From IMG/VR virus record IMGVR_UViG_3300030380_006483: DNA of 64,000 bases. One strand, 5' to 3'. Under the pieces are notes generated by a model. The model was not told where the DNA came from. It ran no database searches and was given only the letters and a program-made list of their open reading frames with translations. Shown one piece after another: positions 1 through 10,836 of this stretch (positions are counted from its first letter, which is position 1; every line of letters begins with the position of its first letter). The stretch is from a virus. The translations under genes were made by a program, and so were the position numbers.

Positions 1-2
1 GA

Positions 3-101
3 GAAGCGGATAATGTAGGTAGAGCGGGTACAGTAAGTAGAACTTCTGCGGGCAATAGAAATAGTGGAGATGGAAAAAATGTAGGTGGTAATAGACAATA
101 A
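3..101 (+). CDS. 3' end of a truncated upstream ORF (structural module)
   Basis: Frame 3 is open from the window edge to TAA at 99-101 (EADNVGRAGTVSRTSAGNRNSGDGKNVGGNRQ*). Confidence 0.4.
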   Translation, partial: EADNVGRAGTVSRTSAGNRNSGDGKNVGGNRQ

Positions 102-115
102 ACCAAAAATAAATA

Positions 116-1966
116 ATGTCTATAAGACAACTATATAATAACCCTGACAATTTTGTATTTAATTCTAAGGATAGCAAATATAGTAAAGATATTAGAGGTG
201 GTGGTTTTACAGGACAACCTTTTGTAAAAAGGTCAGCCCCTGAAACTATAAACCAATTAAATTCTTTAACTACAGAGGCTCTTAGTTTAGATTTTCCTAT
301 TCGTGGTGGTTCATACGAGGAACTTGCTGCTAGGGAAGATTTTGCTAGGATTGATAGATTCTTATTATCTTACCCCGAGGGTAAAGCCTTTTTAGACAAA
401 CAAAAAGGATTAATGTTCTCTAACCCTAAAATGGAAACAGGCCAGTCAGGTGGGTTTGCTAATACTAGGGCGTATAGTGATGGAAGGAATTTAATGACAC
501 AGATTGCTGAGGGAGGAACCGGTTTTCATCATCCAAACGCAGGATCAACTGTCAATGATTTAGAGTTTACACAAAACAAATATGAATATACTGTTGCCCA
601 TAAACCTACAAAGTTAAATAGATTAGTTAGCTTAACTACTTTTAAAATTAATAATACAGCGGTTGGTGATAGTAATTTTGATACTGCTATAGCAAGGGAG
701 CTAGGAATTAATACATTTAATGAGGGCGAATTGTTCTTCTACCCAGGTGGACCTAGTTCTGTTTATGGATTAGGACAAACAATAATTAAAAGAGCTACAG
801 ATAGTTTAGGTGCCCCCATTAATACACAAAATGCTCCAACATTTATAGGGCCTAATTTTACAAAAGATGTAAAAGGAAACATTATTCAAGCTAGACCTAT
901 AACAGAAATCAATTTCTCTAATTTATTAGGATTATCACCCACATTTAACATCACTGATAAGGATAACGCTATAGAAAATGGAGATATAGGTACTTTAGCT
1001 CAACAAGATTCGGGTGATTATATTAGAGCAAATAGAAACCCAAACGGAGATGTTGTATTATTTAATAATTTTATGGGTTATGATAGAATTAGGGAAAGAC
1101 AACAATTATTACCTGGAACTTTAGGAATTACTGATTTTAGAAATGATGTAATTAATTCAAGTGGTGTGGCTAAAAGTGATTATACTAGTAATAATATTAC
1201 TACTAGAGTTGGTGTAGGTGACCCTGGAGCTAGACCTGCTAACCTAAGAACAAAAATAAATGACCCATTTATCCCAGGTCAGGATTTTATTAATACTACT
1301 GATATTCAAACTAGAGATGATGCGGATGGTATTGGTGGTTTTCCTAAAGATTTAGTTAAATTTGCTTTTGAAACTATAAACAATGATAAAACTGATACTA
1401 CTACAGCAACATTTTTTAGAGCATTTTTAACAGGATATAGTGACAGTCATAATGCTGAATGGTCTCCAAGTCGTTATACAGGTAGAGGAGAAAATTTTTA
1501 CACATACCAAGGATTTGATAGAACAGTTAATTTCAATTTTAAAGTAGCTGCACAATCAAAACAAGAAATGAAATTTATATATAAAAAATTAAACTATCTA
1601 TTATCAACTTTACATCCAGATTATAATACGGCTGGATTTATGAGGGGTAATATTACTAAATTAACTATAGGAGATTTATTTGTTAGAACACCCGGTATAT
1701 TAGAATCGTTACAATTAAGTGTTGATGATCAATACGCTTGGGAAATAGCAATGGGTGATGAAAGTAAAGATATGTTAGAAACACCACAAATAATGGATGT
1801 AGGTGTTCAATTTAAACCAATACTTAATGTTTTACCAAGAACAGGTATAAGTTCACCTATATTAATAACAGATCCAAATAACAAATATCTTAATAATAGA
1901 GATAATTCAGGAACTTTAGTAGGATCAATAGGAGCAATAGGAAGAGCTTTTGCAACATTTAATTAA
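116..1966 (+). CDS. Baseplate/tail-tube initiator-like protein (gp48/gp54-like C-terminal domain)
   Basis: C-terminal FRAFLTGYSD..W...YTGRGENFYTYQGFDRTVNFNFKV..LNYL..TIGD segment typical of contractile-tail tube-initiator proteins; precedes LysM-like and hub genes. Confidence 0.6.
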   Translation: MSIRQLYNNPDNFVFNSKDSKYSKDIRGGGFTGQPFVKRSAPETINQLNSLTTEALSLDFPIRGGSYEELAAREDFARIDRFLLSYPEGKAFLDKQKGLMFSNPKMETGQSGGFANTRAYSDGRNLMTQIAEGGTGFHHPNAGSTVNDLEFTQNKYEYTVAHKPTKLNRLVSLTTFKINNTAVGDSNFDTAIARELGINTFNEGELFFYPGGPSSVYGLGQTIIKRATDSLGAPINTQNAPTFIGPNFTKDVKGNIIQARPITEINFSNLLGLSPTFNITDKDNAIENGDIGTLAQQDSGDYIRANRNPNGDVVLFNNFMGYDRIRERQQLLPGTLGITDFRNDVINSSGVAKSDYTSNNITTRVGVGDPGARPANLRTKINDPFIPGQDFINTTDIQTRDDADGIGGFPKDLVKFAFETINNDKTDTTTATFFRAFLTGYSDSHNAEWSPSRYTGRGENFYTYQGFDRTVNFNFKVAAQSKQEMKFIYKKLNYLLSTLHPDYNTAGFMRGNITKLTIGDLFVRTPGILESLQLSVDDQYAWEIAMGDESKDMLETPQIMDVGVQFKPILNVLPRTGISSPILITDPNNKYLNNRDNSGTLVGSIGAIGRAFATFN

Positions 1967-1967
1967 T

Positions 1968-2267
1968 ATGGCAAGAAGGTACGAAAATATAGGAACATAT
2001 ACTACAGATGATGGTAAAGTAATTTTTTTACCAACTAAATATCCTTCCGTTGAAACTTCAAATGATGATTTTTATATTATAACTCAAGCTACGGATAGAT
2101 TAGACTTAATAGCTTCTGATTTTTATGGTGATTCTACATTATGGTGGGTAATTGCTATGGCAAATGATTTACCCGGTGATTCATTATTTACAACACCTGG
2201 CTTTCAATTGAGAATACCTGGTAATTTAGATAATGCTATTCAAGAGTTTAACACTTTAAATTCTTAA
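1968..2267 (+). CDS. LysM/tail-X-like baseplate wedge protein
   Basis: DRLDLIASDFYGDSTLWWVIAMAN...PGFQLRIP motif; ATG 1968 follows the upstream stop (the track start at 1950 is probably too early). Confidence 0.75.
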   Translation: MARRYENIGTYTTDDGKVIFLPTKYPSVETSNDDFYIITQATDRLDLIASDFYGDSTLWWVIAMANDLPGDSLFTTPGFQLRIPGNLDNAIQEFNTLNS

Positions 2268-2273
2268 AATGTT

Positions 2274-4682
2274 ATGGCAAATTTTAAAAATATAATAGGT
2301 TCGGGTTTTCCAGAATACGTAAATAACCAATTAAAAAAAAGATCTGAAATATTAAATACTGCTAATCGTAGTAATAATATTCTTCAATATTTAACTAATC
2401 GTAATGTTTGGTTTAGGTTAAGTTCTAGTGTTGATGTAGGAGGTTCTAAGGAACTAGCTAGAAATAACGTTTTACAGGGAGGAACTTTAAATAAAAATGG
2501 GACTATAAAAAAAGGATTTAATGAAACCTATAAAAAAGGTACTGATGATGATTTAGGTTTTAAACCTATGCCTGGTATTACTAATATATCAATAGGTACA
2601 GGAGGTAAGTGGCAAACATTAATGCAGGCAGATATAGAGTTTGTTTGTTATGATTTAGAACAATTAGATATAATGACTAAACTTTATATGAGTTTAGGAT
2701 ATACTGTATTTTTAGAATGGGGCCATTCAAATTATTTTACAACTAATAATAGTGTTGAAAAATTTGAAGTAAATGCTTCTGCTATCTCTAATTTTTTTAA
2801 TTTAAATAATAAAGATGAATTATTAAAACGAGCAACCAAAGAAAGAGATAATAAAGATGGAAATTATGAATGTATGTTAGGTACAGTTAATAATTTTGAT
2901 TGGACGGCTAATAATGACGGTTCTTATAATTGCAAAATACAAGTAATGGGTGCGGGTGGTTTAGTTGAATCTTTAAAAATTAATACTTCTAGTGGTGTTA
3001 ATTTTAATAATTTAATAGATGATGAAGATACTAACGCAGATTTTGCTTCAGATTTAGAAAATATACTTACTACACTCAAAAAATTCTTTGAAGATAATTC
3101 AGGAATAGTACAAAAATCAACAACTTCATTTCAAGCTGGTACAGGAACAGTAACTGTTGATACAGTTGAAGGATTGTTTAAAGAAATTCCACTTAGTCAA
3201 GAAGGAACCATAATTGAAAATAATAGAGAAAGAATAATTACTTATAGTGCTCTTTTAAATCAAATATATGAATTTACTTCTTATCCTGGTCCACAATTTG
3301 GTAGAAGTATAGGTAGAACATCATCATCACTTGGAAATAATAATATTAATAAAGGAAATGCCCACCAAGTACTTTCGGGAATAGGTACTGCTTCTTCTAT
3401 TAAACCAAGCTTATACCATGGTTATATTTCTAATACAGTAATAGATAATGATAAAACTTATTTTCAAACTTATATTACATTAGGACATTTATTTACATTA
3501 ATTCAACATATAGGTATATTTACAGAAAATAGTGGAAATGTAGCAAAACCTGTAGTATATTTAGATTATAACCCTGATAATACTATAATAAAAGTAAATA
3601 AACTACAAGGAAGTATAGATCCTTCTAAATGTTTAATTCCTTTCAATCAAAAATTCGATGATTTTTTTAATCCAATTAAAGAAAATTTCCCATCAAAATT
3701 TAACCAAAGTTATTCTTTAAAAAAAGGTGTAATACCTAGCTTTGAAGGTAAATTATTTAATGTTTTAGTAAATTTAGATTTTATTATTGATTCTTTAAAA
3801 GGATTATCACAAGGTAGTGATGATAAAGAAGTAAATTTACTAGATTTTATAACTAAAATTTTAGATGGAATTAATGTTTCTTTAGGAAAAATAAATTCTT
3901 TTAGACCCTTTTATGATAAAGATAGTAATTGTTTAAGAATTATTGATGAACATGTTTTACCTGATTCTAAAGAAAATAAAATAATAACAATACCAAATCT
4001 GGGTACTAAATCTATAGTTTATGATTATAGTTTTAACACTAAAATTACTCCTAAATTTGCAAGCCAACTAATAATTGGAGCACAAGCTAGTGGAAAAGAT
4101 GTAAAAGAATTTTCAAGTGAGGTATTATCATATCAATACTTAAATATAGGTACAAAAGATAGATTTGCAACAATAAAAAAACCTAGCATAAATCCAAAAA
4201 TTGATCTTCCTGTTGAAAAAAGTGCATTAAAACCTTTCTTTAGATTATTTCAACTTCTTACAAGGATTTATAGTTTTGATAATGTAAGAAAAAGTAGTAT
4301 AGATAGTCTAACTACTTTATTTAATGATATTTTAAATAGAAATACAAAAATCCCAAAATATAACCCATATGATAATTTTGGTACTAGGACTAAACGTTTA
4401 TTACTAGGAATAACCCCTAGCCCGTTACTAAAAAATGAAAATGATGAAGCAACAGAAGATAAATTTGTAACTCCTACTTTAATATTACCTATAGAATATA
4501 GCATTAAAATAGACGGAATATCCGGTATTTTACCTTATAATTTATTTAGAATACCAGATAATAGATTACCTAAAAAATATAGGGGCAAAATTGATTTTGC
4601 AGTTTTTTCAATAAATCATGAAATAGAAAGTAATAAATGGTATACTATACTAAGAGGAATAGCAGTACCTAGAAATAAATAA
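2274..4682 (+). CDS. Baseplate hub protein (gp27/VgrG-like)
   Basis: N-terminal PMPGITNISI..LEWG..GTVNNFDW..DGSYNC and C-terminal IKIDGISGI..F..IFSINHEI..W.T pattern; position after the LysM-like gene. Confidence 0.6.
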   Translation: MANFKNIIGSGFPEYVNNQLKKRSEILNTANRSNNILQYLTNRNVWFRLSSSVDVGGSKELARNNVLQGGTLNKNGTIKKGFNETYKKGTDDDLGFKPMPGITNISIGTGGKWQTLMQADIEFVCYDLEQLDIMTKLYMSLGYTVFLEWGHSNYFTTNNSVEKFEVNASAISNFFNLNNKDELLKRATKERDNKDGNYECMLGTVNNFDWTANNDGSYNCKIQVMGAGGLVESLKINTSSGVNFNNLIDDEDTNADFASDLENILTTLKKFFEDNSGIVQKSTTSFQAGTGTVTVDTVEGLFKEIPLSQEGTIIENNRERIITYSALLNQIYEFTSYPGPQFGRSIGRTSSSLGNNNINKGNAHQVLSGIGTASSIKPSLYHGYISNTVIDNDKTYFQTYITLGHLFTLIQHIGIFTENSGNVAKPVVYLDYNPDNTIIKVNKLQGSIDPSKCLIPFNQKFDDFFNPIKENFPSKFNQSYSLKKGVIPSFEGKLFNVLVNLDFIIDSLKGLSQGSDDKEVNLLDFITKILDGINVSLGKINSFRPFYDKDSNCLRIIDEHVLPDSKENKIITIPNLGTKSIVYDYSFNTKITPKFASQLIIGAQASGKDVKEFSSEVLSYQYLNIGTKDRFATIKKPSINPKIDLPVEKSALKPFFRLFQLLTRIYSFDNVRKSSIDSLTTLFNDILNRNTKIPKYNPYDNFGTRTKRLLLGITPSPLLKNENDEATEDKFVTPTLILPIEYSIKIDGISGILPYNLFRIPDNRLPKKYRGKIDFAVFSINHEIESNKWYTILRGIAVPRNK

Positions 4683-5581
4683 TGGCTTATATACCTAAAT
4701 CTCTTACTAATAATAATTTATTCACTAATGGTGGGGAATTTATCGACTCTACTGGTAAACCATATAGTGGATTTTATCATTCACTATTTAATGGTCAAGT
4801 TTATAGTGGAAAAACACCACTAGATCCAACAAGACAACTTTTAAGTGTACCCCCTAAGGATGAATCTCCAAATCAAGTCCTAAATACATCTACTAATTTA
4901 GAATATTCTAATTTACGTCCTCAAAACCAAGAGTTATTTGAATATGGTAAAAATCCAACTTCTTTTATTCCACAACCTAAGGGTAAAGATTATCAAAGAG
5001 GACAAATTGAAAGATATTTTGCTAAAAAAAGAAATGAATCACCATCTCGTATATTAGAAATAAATCAATCAACCTATAATGATATAATTACACAGAGTGG
5101 AGAGTATAATTATGCTTTATGGCAGGTAGTAAAAATATTTTGGAAAATATCTGGCCCCCTTAATGATACAAGGAATCCAAATGGAGTAGTTACTGCAGGA
5201 ATTGTGGATACTAATGAAAGATTAGTTAACTTTACTAATAAAGAATTTAGAGGTATAAAAGAATATTTATCTAATTTAATTCAATTTGCAGTTAGACCAA
5301 ATTTAGAATTAATTTCTAACCAATATACTAGTGGAAATCAATTAACAGTTAGAAAAGATAATAGTAATTACATAGGTAATTACCACATAATGGCAGATGG
5401 AACAATAATGGATAAGGAAACACATGGAAAATCCAAAGGTACAATTCTTCTACCAGCTAATGTGGTTGTTCAAAAACAAATTAATACATTGATAAATGAA
5501 GCATTAGGAAATCTTGGTGCAACACCAAACCAATCTTTAGATACATTTAATATATCTAATTTAAGTTATGGTGCTACGTAA
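4682..5581 (+). CDS. Hypothetical protein, probably virion-associated
   Basis: 299 aa ORF coupled to the hub gene (TAATG overlap); repeated Y.G.YH motif; no recognised family. Confidence 0.55.
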   Translation: MAYIPKSLTNNNLFTNGGEFIDSTGKPYSGFYHSLFNGQVYSGKTPLDPTRQLLSVPPKDESPNQVLNTSTNLEYSNLRPQNQELFEYGKNPTSFIPQPKGKDYQRGQIERYFAKKRNESPSRILEINQSTYNDIITQSGEYNYALWQVVKIFWKISGPLNDTRNPNGVVTAGIVDTNERLVNFTNKEFRGIKEYLSNLIQFAVRPNLELISNQYTSGNQLTVRKDNSNYIGNYHIMADGTIMDKETHGKSKGTILLPANVVVQKQINTLINEALGNLGATPNQSLDTFNISNLSYGAT

Positions 5582-5599
5582 AGTTATGAATAAAAGGTT

Positions 5600-6898
5600 A
5601 TGTATTATATTGTTGAGACAGAGGAACAATTAAATAGATTATATTGTTCGGGTGATGAGTGTTATATAAAAATCATTCCTATGAATGATGAATATCACTC
5701 TGCTTTAACTTCACCATGTTTAATATATTTTAAAACTTTTAAAGGTAAAGGATATGTATTTCCAATTAATCATTCTGAAGCATTTAGATTAGATTTTAAT
5801 AAAGTAATAGAATGGATAGAAAGTAAATATGAAAAAATTTATATTACAAATAAAAAAGAATGTTTATATTTCTTTGATTCACCTAAATTAATAGACATAC
5901 CTTATGACAACAACAACTTGGATTATACTCCTATTAGGTCCCGTACTTATGATAAGTATGGACATTTACCGTTCTGTACTTCCTTGGTACCAATCTCAAA
6001 AATTTACGAGCAAGAAGAAAAAAACTTCGAAGAAATTAGAGAAAAAATCCCAACAAAAGTAAATAAATTTTATAATGATACTTTTCCAAAAGTATTTAAA
6101 TTAATAGAAGAACAAGGGTTAAGAATTCACCCGGATTATTTTGATAAACACTTTAAATATCATGAAAAAGAATGGTTTATTCATGGAGAAACAGTGTATA
6201 CTAAATATAACTTATACAACCTTACTACTCGTCCAACTAACTCCTTTAACGGTGTTAACTTCGCTGCTTTAAATAAAAATGATGGTTCAAGAACTGCATT
6301 TATCCCTAAAAATGATATGTTTTTTGAATTTGACTATGATGCTTACCATGTTAGAATATTAGCTAATTTAATAGGATTTAAACTGGATAAAAAATCAGTA
6401 CATAATCAGTTAGGTAAAATGTATTTTAATAAAGAAGAACTAACTGATAAAGAATATGCTAAATCTAAAGAATTAACCTTTAAACAATTATATGGGGGTG
6501 TATTTAAAGAATATAAAGAAATACCATTCTTTAAAGCAATGAATGAATATGTTGAAAAATTATGGGAATTATTTAATGCTACAGACAAATTAGAGTTAGT
6601 AGGAGGAAAAATACTAACTAAAGAACAAATACAAAACCCAACACCTAATAAAATATTGAATTACATGATACAATCAGCAGAAACACATAATAATGTTATT
6701 TCTGTAAGAAAAGTAATAGATTATTTGGATAATAAACAAAGTAAAGTTATATTATACACCTATGATTCATTCTTAGTTGATTATTCTTTAGTAGATGGTA
6801 AAGAGGTTTTAAAAGAAATTAAAAAATTATTAGAAAATAACAAATACGTTGTAAAAGTTGCATATGGTAATAATTACAATTCTCTAAAATATATATAA
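5600..6898 (+). CDS. Family A DNA polymerase-like protein with non-canonical motifs
   Basis: Motif A FDYDAYHVRIL, motif B KSKELTFKQLYG, motif C YTYDSFLVD; YNLYNLTTRPTN resembles the PolA T.TGRLSS region; only 432 aa. Confidence 0.75.
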   Translation: MYYIVETEEQLNRLYCSGDECYIKIIPMNDEYHSALTSPCLIYFKTFKGKGYVFPINHSEAFRLDFNKVIEWIESKYEKIYITNKKECLYFFDSPKLIDIPYDNNNLDYTPIRSRTYDKYGHLPFCTSLVPISKIYEQEEKNFEEIREKIPTKVNKFYNDTFPKVFKLIEEQGLRIHPDYFDKHFKYHEKEWFIHGETVYTKYNLYNLTTRPTNSFNGVNFAALNKNDGSRTAFIPKNDMFFEFDYDAYHVRILANLIGFKLDKKSVHNQLGKMYFNKEELTDKEYAKSKELTFKQLYGGVFKEYKEIPFFKAMNEYVEKLWELFNATDKLELVGGKILTKEQIQNPTPNKILNYMIQSAETHNNVISVRKVIDYLDNKQSKVILYTYDSFLVDYSLVDGKEVLKEIKKLLENNKYVVKVAYGNNYNSLKYI

Positions 6899-6906
6899 TA
6901 TTTATC

Positions 6907-7323
6907 ATGGATTACGAAATTAATTTTGAAGATTTGGCAAATAAACTATTTTGCACATTTACCACGGAGGAAAGCCTAGGATCAACTGTAGATACTATAA
7001 AAGACCAATATCAAATACTTTTTAATAAAATATTTGTATTATATGTAGAATCTACAAAAGAATATGTTTGTACATATAATGTTGATTCATTTAATATGTC
7101 TAGTAAAATACTAGATAATACAATTCTTTTACATAGAAAAAAAGAATCCAATACTTTATATACTATTAATGCACTTAATGATTTAATTCGTTCTTTAAAT
7201 AGTGGTGAATTAGATACTAATTATAGAGTAAATTGGCAAGACTACAGAAATTGCATCTTATTAACCACGGGTGGTGAGTTAAAAAAATTAGATACAAAAA
7301 TACATGAGATCCTTACATTTTAG
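6907..7323 (+). CDS. Hypothetical protein upstream of ssb
   Basis: 138 aa ORF with typical codon usage; family unknown. Confidence 0.7.
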   Translation: MDYEINFEDLANKLFCTFTTEESLGSTVDTIKDQYQILFNKIFVLYVESTKEYVCTYNVDSFNMSSKILDNTILLHRKKESNTLYTINALNDLIRSLNSGELDTNYRVNWQDYRNCILLTTGGELKKLDTKIHEILTF

Positions 7324-7355
7324 TTTGGATATCATAAATTAAGTTATTACATTAT
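7324..7355 (+). promoter_or_regulatory. Bacteroidota-type -33/-7 promoter for ssb-recA
   Basis: TTTG (7324-27), 20 nt spacer, TACATTAT (7348-55). Confidence 0.6.
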
Positions 7356-7385
7356 CAACCGTTTCAAATTAAAAAAAGTTATATT

Positions 7386-8165
7386 ATGGATTTAAAATTA
7401 ATCTCAAGCAAGTTAGAACAATTACAGACCAAACCTGGTCAAAACAACAATCAGAAATTTGACAGAAGTCAATATTTTTGGAAAGCACCTATGGGTAAAT
7501 CACAAGTTAGATTTGTCCCTTATAAGGAAAATAAAGAAAACCCATTTACTGAAGTTTTCTTTCATTATGGAATAGGAAGTAGAACAATGATCTCACCAAT
7601 TAATTATGGTGATAAAGATCCTATTGTAGAATTTTCTAAAGAATTAAGAAAAACATCTGAACCTGAAAATTGGAGGTTAGCTAAGAAATTAGAACCAAAA
7701 ATGAGGGTATTTGCTCCTGTAATAGTTAGAGGGGAAGAAAATAAAGGTGTTAGATTTTGGGAATTTGGAAAACAAGTATACCAAGAATTACTAAGTTATG
7801 CAGCAGACGAAGATTACGGTGATTTTACTGATGTAGTCTCTGGTTTAGATATGACAGTAGAAGTAGTTCAAGGTAATCCTTACCCACAAACTTCACTTAG
7901 AGTAAAACCAAAACAATCAGTTTTATCTGATGATAATGCTGAAGTTGAAAAATGGTTATCTGATCAACCTGAATTATTAAAATATTATAAAAGGGTTTCT
8001 TATGATGATATGAAAACAGCACTTCAGGATTGGTTAAACCCAGAAGATACTACTACAGATACTCCAACTACAACAACTACAGAAGGAGATACTGGTTATA
8101 CTTTGAATGTTAAACAAAAAGAATCGTTCAACGAGGACGAATTCGACGATTTATTTAAAGATTAA
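7386..8165 (+). CDS. Single-stranded DNA-binding protein, T4 gp32-like
   Basis: FWK..GKSQVRFVP..PF.EVFFHY..GVRFWEFGK core; acidic tail EDEFDDLFKD. Confidence 0.85.
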   Translation: MDLKLISSKLEQLQTKPGQNNNQKFDRSQYFWKAPMGKSQVRFVPYKENKENPFTEVFFHYGIGSRTMISPINYGDKDPIVEFSKELRKTSEPENWRLAKKLEPKMRVFAPVIVRGEENKGVRFWEFGKQVYQELLSYAADEDYGDFTDVVSGLDMTVEVVQGNPYPQTSLRVKPKQSVLSDDNAEVEKWLSDQPELLKYYKRVSYDDMKTALQDWLNPEDTTTDTPTTTTTEGDTGYTLNVKQKESFNEDEFDDLFKD

Positions 8166-8169
8166 TTAA

Positions 8170-9255
8170 ATGGCAAGAAAAAAAGTAAGCCTTGGGGGCG
8201 ATATCTCCAAGTCTGTTAAGGGAACGTTCTCCCTTGATAAATTTAAAGCAGCAAAAGGTTTAGGATCATCTAATAATACCTTTAAAGAACAATCATGGAT
8301 ACCTTTATCTCCAGCGTGGCAAGAAATGGTATCATTACCTGGTGTTCCTGCAGGTCATATTACTTTATTACGTGGACACTCTGATACTGGTAAAACTACC
8401 GCTTTATTAGAGGTAGCTGTTAATGCTCAAAAAATGGGAATATTACCTGTTTTTATAGTAACTGAGATGAAATGGTCTTGGGAACATGCTATGATGATGG
8501 GTCTAGAAGTAGATCTTGAAAAAGATGAAGATGGTAATACAATAGGAGTTGATGGTAATTTTATTTTTGCTGATAGAGGGCAATTACCAACAGTAGAAGC
8601 TGTAGCAGGTTTTATGGCTGATTTAATGAATGAACAGAAAAAAGGTAATTTACCTATGGATATGGTATTCTTATGGGATTCTATTGGGTCTGTTCCATGT
8701 CAAATGTCAGTTGAAAAAGCTAAAAATAATAATGAATGGAATGCTGGAGCAATGTCTACTCAATTTGGTAATTTTATAAACCAAGAAATCTTATTATCAA
8801 GAAAAGAATCTAGTCCTTACACTAATACATTAGTTGCTATTAATAAGATTTGGGTTGAAAAACCAATAGGTCCTATGCAACCACCAACTATGAAAAATAA
8901 GGGTGGTAACACAATGTTCTTTGATTCAACATTAATAGTAACATTTGGTAATATCTCTAATTCAGGTAATTTAAAAGTTAATGCAGTTAAAGATGGTAAA
9001 AAGGTAGAATGGGCTAAAAAGGTTAAAACCGCTGTTGAAAAAAACCATATTAATGGTGTTACAACTACGGGTAAAATCATAGTTACACCTCATGGCTTTA
9101 TATCTGATACTAAAAAAGATATAGACAATTATAAAAAAGCTCACCAATCAGAATGGGGTGCTATATTAGGTGAAGGTCCAATTGAAATAGTTTTAGAAGG
9201 ATCTGAAGATGAAGATTTTGCTAATGTAGAAGCGATGGATGAAAGAACTCTATAA
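8170..9255 (+). CDS. recA: RecA/UvsX-like recombinase
   Basis: Walker A GHSDTGKT, WDSIGS, KGG..MFFDS motifs. Confidence 0.85.
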   Translation: MARKKVSLGGDISKSVKGTFSLDKFKAAKGLGSSNNTFKEQSWIPLSPAWQEMVSLPGVPAGHITLLRGHSDTGKTTALLEVAVNAQKMGILPVFIVTEMKWSWEHAMMMGLEVDLEKDEDGNTIGVDGNFIFADRGQLPTVEAVAGFMADLMNEQKKGNLPMDMVFLWDSIGSVPCQMSVEKAKNNNEWNAGAMSTQFGNFINQEILLSRKESSPYTNTLVAINKIWVEKPIGPMQPPTMKNKGGNTMFFDSTLIVTFGNISNSGNLKVNAVKDGKKVEWAKKVKTAVEKNHINGVTTTGKIIVTPHGFISDTKKDIDNYKKAHQSEWGAILGEGPIEIVLEGSEDEDFANVEAMDERTL

Positions 9256-10267
9256 AGATATACTCAACAACTTGCATGAGGAGTCCAATTTAGAGCCCCT
9301 ACACTTAAACAGTAGGGTGCTCTTAATTGATTCTATGAACACGTTTTTGCGTTCATTTGCTATGATTCCCGCTATTAATCCACAAGGAAATCATGTTGGT
9401 GGTTTAGTTGGTTTTTTAAAATCATTAGGATATGTTATTAAACTAATTAGACCAACTAGAGTTATCTTAGTTTTTGATGGTCAAGGTAATATTACAAATC
9501 GTAGAAATACCTATTCTGAATATAAAGCAAATCGTCAAATAAAAAGAATTACAAATTTTAAAGTTTTCTCAACATTAGCAGAAGAATCTGATTCAATTGC
9601 AACACAAATGTTAAGATTATTAGATTATTTAAAATCATTGCCCGTTAATATATCAATAATTGATAAAATAGAGGCAGATGATACTATAGCTTACCTATCA
9701 CAAAAATTAAAAGATGATATTATTATCTATTCTGCTGATCAGGATTTTTTACAATTAGTAGATGATAGAATAACTGTATATTCACCTATTAAAAAGAAAT
9801 TTTATAAACCAAATGATGTTTATGAGCAATATGGTATGCATCCCTATAATTTTATTACAATGAAATGTTTAATGGGTGATAAATCTGATAATTTACCAGG
9901 TGTTAAGGGATTAGGTCCTAAAAAATTAATGAAATATTTTCCTGAAATAGCAGGTGAAAAAAGATTTACTTTACAAGAGGCATATCAAAAAGCAACTGAT
10001 AAAGTAGAAGAACATGGAATATATGGTAATGTTCATTTATTTAAAAGTCAATTAGAAATTAATTATGAACTAATGTCTTTAAAAAATATTGAATTATTAG
10101 ATAAAGATCAAAAAGAACTAGATGAATTAATAGATTCTCCTCCTTATGATTTTAATAAAAAAAGATTTTTAGAGATGTATGAAAAAGATTTATTAGGTAG
10201 AGGAATTCCTAATACAGAATTTTGGTTAGCAGAAGTTTTTTCGTATCTTCAAAAATATAAAAAATGA
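9239..10267 (+). CDS. 5'-3' exonuclease/flap endonuclease (T4 RNase H / PolI N-terminal type)
   Basis: LLIDSMN, VFDG, YKANR, EADD, SADQDFLQL, GDKSDNLPGVKGLGPK. Confidence 0.9.
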   Translation: MKELYKDILNNLHEESNLEPLHLNSRVLLIDSMNTFLRSFAMIPAINPQGNHVGGLVGFLKSLGYVIKLIRPTRVILVFDGQGNITNRRNTYSEYKANRQIKRITNFKVFSTLAEESDSIATQMLRLLDYLKSLPVNISIIDKIEADDTIAYLSQKLKDDIIIYSADQDFLQLVDDRITVYSPIKKKFYKPNDVYEQYGMHPYNFITMKCLMGDKSDNLPGVKGLGPKKLMKYFPEIAGEKRFTLQEAYQKATDKVEEHGIYGNVHLFKSQLEINYELMSLKNIELLDKDQKELDELIDSPPYDFNKKRFLEMYEKDLLGRGIPNTEFWLAEVFSYLQKYKK

Positions 10268-10836
10268 ATATAAAAAATATTTTTCCTACTGGTATTATTA
10301 CCCATCAGGTATCACCTCAAATAGCAGATTATGTAGAGGATTTAGTAGTACCTAGGTTAAAGCATTTAGATTTTAATAATGAAAATTATTCTGATTTTTT
10401 TAATAAAGAAGAAATATTAAATATTAACGAAGTCCCTTTACTAAAGAAAGAAATTGAAAAGTGTATAAATTTTTTCGAAAAAACTTATTCAATTCCAAAT
10501 AAAACTAAAATAAATTCATATTGGGTTCAAGATTATAAATTTAATAATTTTCATGGTATTCATAATCATGGTAGGAATGAAATATCTATAGTATATTGGA
10601 TAAGAGCCAATGAAGATGCCGGTATGTTTTGTCTGAGTAACCCTTCTCCATTTACTAATCTTTGGTATTCACCATATGCATTTTATGATAATTCAAATAA
10701 CCCTTATATTAAAGATAAATATGTTATCCAACCAACTAAAGGTTCTCTTATAGCATTTCCAAGTTTTTTAAATCATGAGGTCCTCCCAGGGGGAAAAAAT
10801 TGTATAAGAACTACTTTAGCTTTAAATTCTCTATAA
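10264..10836 (+). CDS. 2OG-Fe(II) oxygenase-like protein (TIGR02466-like)
   Basis: WVQDY..HGIHNH..SIVYW..FPSFLNHEV..R pattern; overlaps both neighbours. Confidence 0.75.
   Translation: MNIKNIFPTGIITHQVSPQIADYVEDLVVPRLKHLDFNNENYSDFFNKEEILNINEVPLLKKEIEKCINFFEKTYSIPNKTKINSYWVQDYKFNNFHGIHNHGRNEISIVYWIRANEDAGMFCLSNPSPFTNLWYSPYAFYDNSNNPYIKDKYVIQPTKGSLIAFPSFLNHEVLPGGKNCIRTTLALNSL

Noticed and set aside
6898-6905. ATATTTAT as a separate late-promoter motif (also 21666, 22470, 43971, 48625)
   Set aside because: Low complexity, inconsistent distance to ATG (1 nt here), and some copies are explained by the -7 box; needs genome-wide statistics
8048-8082. ACT/ACA microrepeat in ssb
   Set aside because: Encodes an ordinary Thr-rich linker before the acidic tail
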